Shown here in pieces: positions 56,930 through 64,000 of a DNA stretch of 64,000 nt. The notes beneath the pieces are model-generated. The model saw nothing but the letters and a program-made list of their open reading frames with translations, made no database searches and was not told the DNA's origin. Numbering within the stretch: position 1 is the first letter of the stretch; the number at the start of each line of letters is the position of its first letter. The stretch comes from Octopus vulgaris (lineage: Eukaryota). The position numbers and the translations under genes are program-made. The stretch covers positions 2,046,001 through 2,110,000 of the forward strand of contig OX597836.1 of assembly GCA_951406725.2 (NCBI GenBank), in the 5' to 3' direction.

Positions 56930-56985
56930 TATCATTATCATTAATATTATTATTATTATTATTATCATTATCATTAATATTATTA

Positions 56986-57016
<31 letters not shown>

Positions 57017-57120
57017 TATCATTATCATTAATATTATTATTATTATTATTATCATTATCATTAATATTATTATTATTATCATTATTATTATTATATTATT
57101 ATTATTATTATTATATTTGT
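56793..57120. repeat. (ATT/ATC)n array with higher-order units
   Basis: Recurring ttaata-(tta)n-tcattatcattattatcattatca blocks. Confidence 0.9.
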
Positions 57121-58305
57121 TATTAAATTTGTCCGTCTATTATTTGCTTTATTTGTTGGTAGAAATCTGTTATACAATTATACTTTCACATTTCAACATA
57201 TTCTCTCGAGCCTGCCACAGAAAAAAAAAATCAAGGGCAGATTCTTCTATAGAAAAGAAACATAATTAAAAATACAAGTCACATGATATCAACCTGTTGC
57301 TTGGCTGATCTTATTATTTAAGAAATTAAAGCCAACCATTTCACTTTCTATGTTAGCAACTATTTTTGAGAAAGGCAAACGAAATAGCATTCTCAAACAT
57401 ATACAGATATAAACATATGTACAAATACACAAGTACACACAGACGGAACCATGCAGCAAAATGTGTTAAATAATTTTTTTCATTTTTGTTATAAAATCAT
57501 GAAATGCTGAAAAAGAAACGTAAACAAAATAAAAAATATTCATTCAATATAAGCGGCATTCATTTGCCATTAAACAGACTTTCGAACTTTCATGGGACGC
57601 TTCAACAGAATTCCATGGAATTTCTGTAAAATAACGCAGAAAAAAAAATCAGGAGCAAAATTATTGTAAATGAGTTTAGGTTTTCAATTAACATTGCGCC
57701 ATTTTTTGTGCGAGCTATAACAAAAAAATAAATAAATAAAACGAAAATAAAAAGCAAAAACATACAAAACCGAACGAAAATACAATAAAAATTACTAAGG
57801 CTTTTTAGTATGTATTTTGTCGACTGTGTGAGAATTTGGTATTGTATCTCTCTCATAATGTGGGTTTGTATATAGCTTCTGAGAGTCTGTGAAAAAAATA
57901 TTCGTGCAGATGTTAATATGGTTGTATTCGAAGGATAGAAATGTTATGTTAGAAAAGTACATAAAAAGGAAAAGAAGAAATAAACCAGGAATTCTGTAGT
58001 TTTGACTTTTTGCGTAGTAATTCTCAACGATTAGTTATTTTGGCAGTTTCTCTTTGATTCCATTCCAATTACAGCTACAGAGAAAAAAATTGTCAAGTTA
58101 ATGGTTTTCTGGTGTTTTTCATCTTTGAGAAAAAATCTGAACACTTCTCAACCACAATAATAACGAAAGTAGAAATTATTGAAAATTTTCTCCGCGTATC
58201 ATGGATATACAATATGAACCAAAGTAAAACTGGTCTCGGAGAAACACCAAGGAATGTCGACGTTAAAACCTGTGTTCAAATAATAAAGACATTACATTTA
58301 CATAT

Positions 58306-58480
58306 TGGTTTGAAATTTTGACAGAAGGCCAGCAATTTCGCTAAAGGGGCTTAGTCAATTACATCAACCCCCAGTGCTCTACTGGTATTCATATTATCAA
58401 CTTCTAAAGGTGAAGTCGACCTCGGCGGAATTTGATCTTTAAACGTAAAGAACCTCTAAGCATCTGGTCCGGCGCGTCAA
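58306..58480 (-). mobile_element. SINE family A, degraded
   Basis: ggtttgaaattttg...ggccagcaattt...cccagtgctctactggta...gtcgacctcggcggaatttga. Confidence 0.75.
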
Positions 58481-58589
58481 CCCTTTTACATGTATATTTT
58501 AATAACTCTTATCCGTTTGCTATGAAGTTTCCTTTAAACACACCAATCTTTTACCATCTTCTCAAATGAAGCCGGAGTTTTCCATTGTC

Positions 58590-58630
<41 letters not shown>

Positions 58631-59388
58631 CCTCGTCACATCGTTCTTAAACATGCTTCTTATTTCATGGTGAGTAAGTCTTCTGTTACATTTGTGTCCC
58701 GAACACTTACTGGTATATCAGCTTTCTGTCTTATTCTCTTGTTCTTTACATAAACTTACCTTTTGCTTCCTAATGTCCTGCATGTATATCTTTGTGTTCC
58801 AAATGTTTTTTTTTTCACCCTATTTTCTTATTTGATGCTTGTTTTATGCTTGGAACACTAATTCTTCTTAGTCCAATAATATTTCACTGCATTTGGCGTC
58901 AATATCAGTGAGAGTGAAGATGAGAACAATTTGCTCCTTTATCGTTAGAGCACGCAGCAAATTTTCCCAGGTTTTAAAGAATTTTCTTTTGATGTCTTTG
59001 GTTGTAATCGGTTCAAGTGGGAATTATTTTACTGGTCAAGTCATCATCAATCTTCTATAACAACGGTAGGGCAGTGACCGATAGTAATGGTCTGAATCGG
59101 TGTTTGATTATTAAATTGGTAAGTGCAGGATTATGATGTGAATGGCTTGTCTTTCTAGAAATTGTGAAATAATATATAAGATGATAGTGATGAGTCTCAA
59201 AGATGTTACATCATTTCATTATCGCTGCTTTTCGAATTTTTACATTTCTTTGCTTTCTAATGCTTGGAAATTTAACATGTCGAAATTTAAAACCATATTG
59301 TGTTAGTTGTTGGTGAATCTTGTGGGTCTTTCGGGTTAAAATCACTTACCAATTACAAATATTAAACAAATATTATTTAATATTACTT

Positions 59389-59550
59389 AAGGAAGCTGAG
59401 CTGGCAGTATTGTTAGCGTGAGGTCGACTTTGCATTTCATGATCTCGGAGTCGATAAAATAAGTGCCAGTTGAACACTGGTTTCGATTTAATCGATTTAA
59501 CACCTCCGCCGAATTTGCTGGCTCTTTAAGAAAATGTGTAACCAGTTTTA
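59389..59550 (+). mobile_element. SINE family A, internally deleted
   Basis: gagctggcagtattgttagc|gaggtcgactttgcatttcat...gagtcgataaaataagtgccagttgaacactgg. Confidence 0.75.
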
Positions 59551-60713
59551 TATAATTGCTCATTAAACGATAAACAAACACTTTAAATCATACAGCCGCT
59601 GAATAACATCAGGACAAATTATGAAATAAGGTCAACTGATATTACCCCCACACATACACAACACACAAACACATACAGACTTGCACAAGCTTACATACAC
59701 GAGAGAACAGGCATAAAGAGCATAGTTATAGAAGAGATGAATATATGAATAGAAACTCGTGAAAAGCAAATGCAACATATTGAATGCAACCATGTTGAAA
59801 AAATGTATTTAAAATATTACTAAAAATACGAAACCATAAAATCTATTCCTCTCATCAACATAAAATCACAAATAATCAGATTACAAAAGGCTGTTCAGAC
59901 ATCGATTTCAATGTATAGATGTACTTTACGAAAAACAGTATACAACCTGTTACATGAAAAACAAAAGTACATTTGTTCTCTGCGGCTGCTTTTAAGAATT
60001 ATAAAGAGTAATTAGTGCATATTGTTAGAAAAATGGGAAACTGAACGAGATGGTAAATGATTAGTTAATAAAATGCATCAAAAATAGAATTACACCATAA
60101 AGTATAAACACAATTACAGAAGCCATATTGTTAGCAAATTAGAAGCGAAAGTCGAAGCAGACGCATCAGAGGGAAGTTAACACTGTCGGATCCCGCATAC
60201 ACCACAGCGTACACAATTTCAGTCTATTTATGCACAAGAAGGAGCAAAAGGTTCGACCTCATACATTTCTGGTTACGGTTGATTACTTGGCAGGAAAAAA
60301 AAATTTTCTTTTTAGGTTTAAACACGCAACAATGTCACCAAGAAGTCTTCCATGGTTGTAGTCAAAAGGAATCTAAAATGCTTTGGCGTACAAATTTCAA
60401 AGAGTTAAGCGCTCACGAATATTGAATGGAGCACTGATACTGCTATCAATTATAATCCAATTTGGCAATTCCTCGTTGAATATTACGAAGCATGACAACA
60501 ATTCTGTTCTATATCCTCCTGAGCGACAATATTTCTAAACGGTAAAGTACAAACGAAGGTTATTCTTGAAAGTCTAGATATTTTAGTTATTGAACGTCTC
60601 ATGACTAAATATGGAAAATATTGTAAGAAGAAATAAAAATTAAACCTGGAGGTTACTTTTATATAAATTTAATATACATGTGTTTATGTGTGTATGTGTG
60701 CGTGTGTATTTCA

Positions 60714-60749
<36 letters not shown>

Positions 60750-61489
60750 AATGCGTAAATGTCAATAGCTGTATAAACGTTACTTTCAATTAAGGACATC
60801 TGAGGAAACTAAAATCTTGTAAAATTGAACTCGGTTTTTTTTTTCTGCCCTCGGTGATACAAAATTGTTGGAGAAGAACTTTAGCCTTGAGAGAAAATCT
60901 AAAATTGCATGATCATTTTAAAAAGTGTATACGCCATTTTATCTATAATATGTGAGATCGCATGTGTGAATATGTATGTATAATTCTGTGTACAAGTATT
61001 CCGATGTATATGTGTGAGTATTTGTCCCTAAACATACAATATATCATTGACTCATACATATCCAATCAACCATTTATGCACAAACACACAAACGTTCGTA
61101 CCTATGTTATTTTCTTGTTATAAGCTTGGTCTTGCATATACTTATGTGTGTATCGACCTAACACACATGCTCGAGTGAAAGTCTGGTAGATGCACACACA
61201 GACCAGATCACAGATACACATTAATATAAGCATGTATGAAAAAATATGTATATATGTATTTGTACATATTGGTTTCAGAGAGACAGCTAAACAGAGAGAC
61301 AGAGAGGGGGAGAGAAGTGGGGGAGAAATGAACAGTGCCTCTGTATAAACGTTAAATGCCACCCACATAACCGTACACGCATACCTTTAATCAGTAGCTA
61401 CTGATGTCGATTTCTCTCTCTTTCTTTCATTCTATATGCGTGTGCGCGTGCAGGTGTATACATGCGTCTCTGTCTATATGTATATAGCC

Positions 61490-61940
<451 letters not shown>

Positions 61941-62179
61941 TGATGCGATGTAGTGTGTCTGTATATGTGCGCCGTGTGTTTGCGGCGTGTCTTTGACCCG
62001 CCCCTGCAACTCTTGGCAAAATGTCAAACTGTTTGTTTTTAATCTCCAATTGAAGTATTTTTAGCCGATTCCTAGCAACTCCACTAATTGCCTTGGCACT
62101 AACATCAGTGCACCGCCTGCAGGTAGAGATGCAGGTGGGTGCAGTAGTAGGAGTGCTCGGCCCTTTTTATTTATTCTCC

Positions 62180-62310
62180 TTCATCTTTTTCTTCTTCTTC
62201 TTCTTCTTCTTTTTCTTCTTCTTCTTCTTCTTTCTTCTTCTTCTTCTTCTCCTCTTCTTCTTCTTCTTCCTTTTCCTCTTCTTCTTCTTCTTCTTCTTCT
62301 TCTTCTTCAT
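62180..62310. repeat. (TTC)n microsatellite
   Basis: Direct inspection. Confidence 0.95.
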
Positions 62311-62679
62311 TACAAATTTCTTTCCACTTCAAGTATTTATTCCCCCTTAAGGGGCTGCATTTTAATTAGACATCGCACTCAGTGAGGGCCCCTAACCCTT
62401 CCCCCACCGTAACTGGTAGTTAGACTACCGTCAGCGTCGCCATTACCGCCGACATCCCTACACCCCAAACCCACAACTACAGAGTCATCACCTCCATACC
62501 CTTCCAAACCACCACCACCACCACCGCTGCCAACAACAACAAAAACAACAACAGCAGCGCCACCTTTCTCGGGAACATGAACGGCAACCGCAAAGATAAC
62601 ACAATTACCTCCACCTCAATCACCTTTAACATTATCACCAAGGATACCAATATTTCCACTTCTAACTACTACAACAACA

Positions 62680-62732
<53 letters not shown>

Positions 62733-63204
62733 CTGCGTCCATAAGAAAGCTTCTGTTTTGGGTAGTTATGTTACTTAGCCCCAGGTTAACTGTGATCGAT
62801 GAGAGATATAATCGATCAGTCAAATGTACTGTAGCCGTGACCACCGCCGTTTCTCTTTTTCCAATCCGATGTGCAAGGATACGAGAACGAAATTATTCAA
62901 AGCGTTCTCTTTATGAACTCAGGATAAGATTTCAGGGAAGGAATGACCTTAATCCTTAAGTGACCTTAATCCTTGTTGGCTTTCATCCCGAATGTATTGT
63001 GAATACCGTAGATTAATAAAATTTCGGAGACCATCTCCGAAATTATTTCGCGATTTTCAGAACTAGATCTTTTGATAGTGAGTTTATAGGGTGGTCGTGG
63101 AAGGATTTGTTTCGCGCAGAATATGAATGCCCTCTTCTTGCTACCTTCCATGAAGCCGATTGTGAGATGAAGATGAGAAGAGAAGAAAAACAACACAAGT
63201 AGAC

Positions 63205-63570
63205 TACTAATTTATTTATCGACCCCAAGAGAACGAAGGACATATCCTGACCTTCGTGGAATTTGAATTCTCAACGTAAAACGCCATGTCGAATATTTCA
63301 CGCTGTTATATTCTGTGCTTTAGTAAAACTAGTAACATAATGTTTTGCCAGTTTCCGGCGACAAGCTGGTAGAACCGTTACCATGCCGGACAAAATGCTT
63401 AGTGATATTTCGTCCGTTTTTTATGATCCGTATCCAAATTTCGCTGAAGTGGATTTGTCTTTTATCATTTCGGGATGGATATAAATCCCAGTTAAACACT
63501 AGTTTCGTTGTAATCGACATACCATACCCACAAACATTGCTGGCGCTGTGCCAAAATTTGAAATCGCTAT
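63205..63570. mobile_element. Head-to-head family A SINEs (63205-63285 on -, 63355-63570 on +)
   Basis: tttatcgacccc...ggaatttgaa on the - copy; ggcgacaagctggtagaaccgtta...gctgtgccaaaatttgaaatc on the + copy. Confidence 0.7.
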
Positions 63571-64000
63571 AATGTTTAGGCTGTTCTACTTTGAAGCTTC
63601 GATCAACCATGATCAGCAGGTTTTTAACAACAGCAAAATCAATAGCGTTGTTTTCTTCCATTTCAGGAGCGATGAAACGCAATAACAACCAAATGCCATT
63701 CGCAATTACAATAGGCATCAGCTAAATATCTGCTCAGTATTAGATCTGAGACCCGATCTTACGATCATGTTTTTGTGTTGACAGAATATTTCCAGGAAAG
63801 TTTTATCGAATACCACAAATCCGTTGATATCACTGTTTTATAAGTCGAAAGTAAGTAACAGACCCTTCTCGGGCCGATTTCAAATCGCACCGTTGTCATT
63901 ATGGACACTGATTTATTCTCGCATAATTCACCGTAAACGTAATTGGTGCTACAACACAAGACGGAACCGCATGGACATTTACATATAAATACAGTCAAAG

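Noticed and set aside
58640-59100. Possible degraded RTE endonuclease on the - strand (DIDAK resembling GDFNAK)
   Set aside because: Only one weak motif

Overview
AT-rich, microsatellite-dense eukaryotic (animal) genomic DNA. The tRNA-derived SINE families and the very high (TA)n/(ATCT)n/(CA)n density suggest an octopus-type cephalopod; this is an inference, not a database result. No host protein-coding gene can be confidently called, and almost all ORFs in the track are microsatellite artefacts. The window looks intronic or intergenic and is a mosaic of mobile elements. DNA transposons: a full-length dead DD34D mariner (18141-19405), other mariner, Tc1 and pogo-like remnants, and a MITE. Non-LTR elements: two RTE-type LINE 3' ends and an R4/Dong-type restriction-like endonuclease fragment beside a (TAA)n tract. 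Short elements: about 25 copies of at least three tRNA-SINE families and a tRNA-Ala-derived insertion with a target-site duplication. The most notable signal is a set of type I hammerhead ribozyme cores (CUGAAGA...GAAA...GUA) in short Penelope-like/retrozyme-like remnants embedded in or next to (TA)n tracts. They occur at 15217-15267 (inside a perfect 128-bp palindrome, so on both strands), 25163-25254 (+) and 52764-52852 (-), plus partial copies. All share a non-canonical U at position 11.1 and a GUA cleavage triplet although the sequences are otherwise unrelated.
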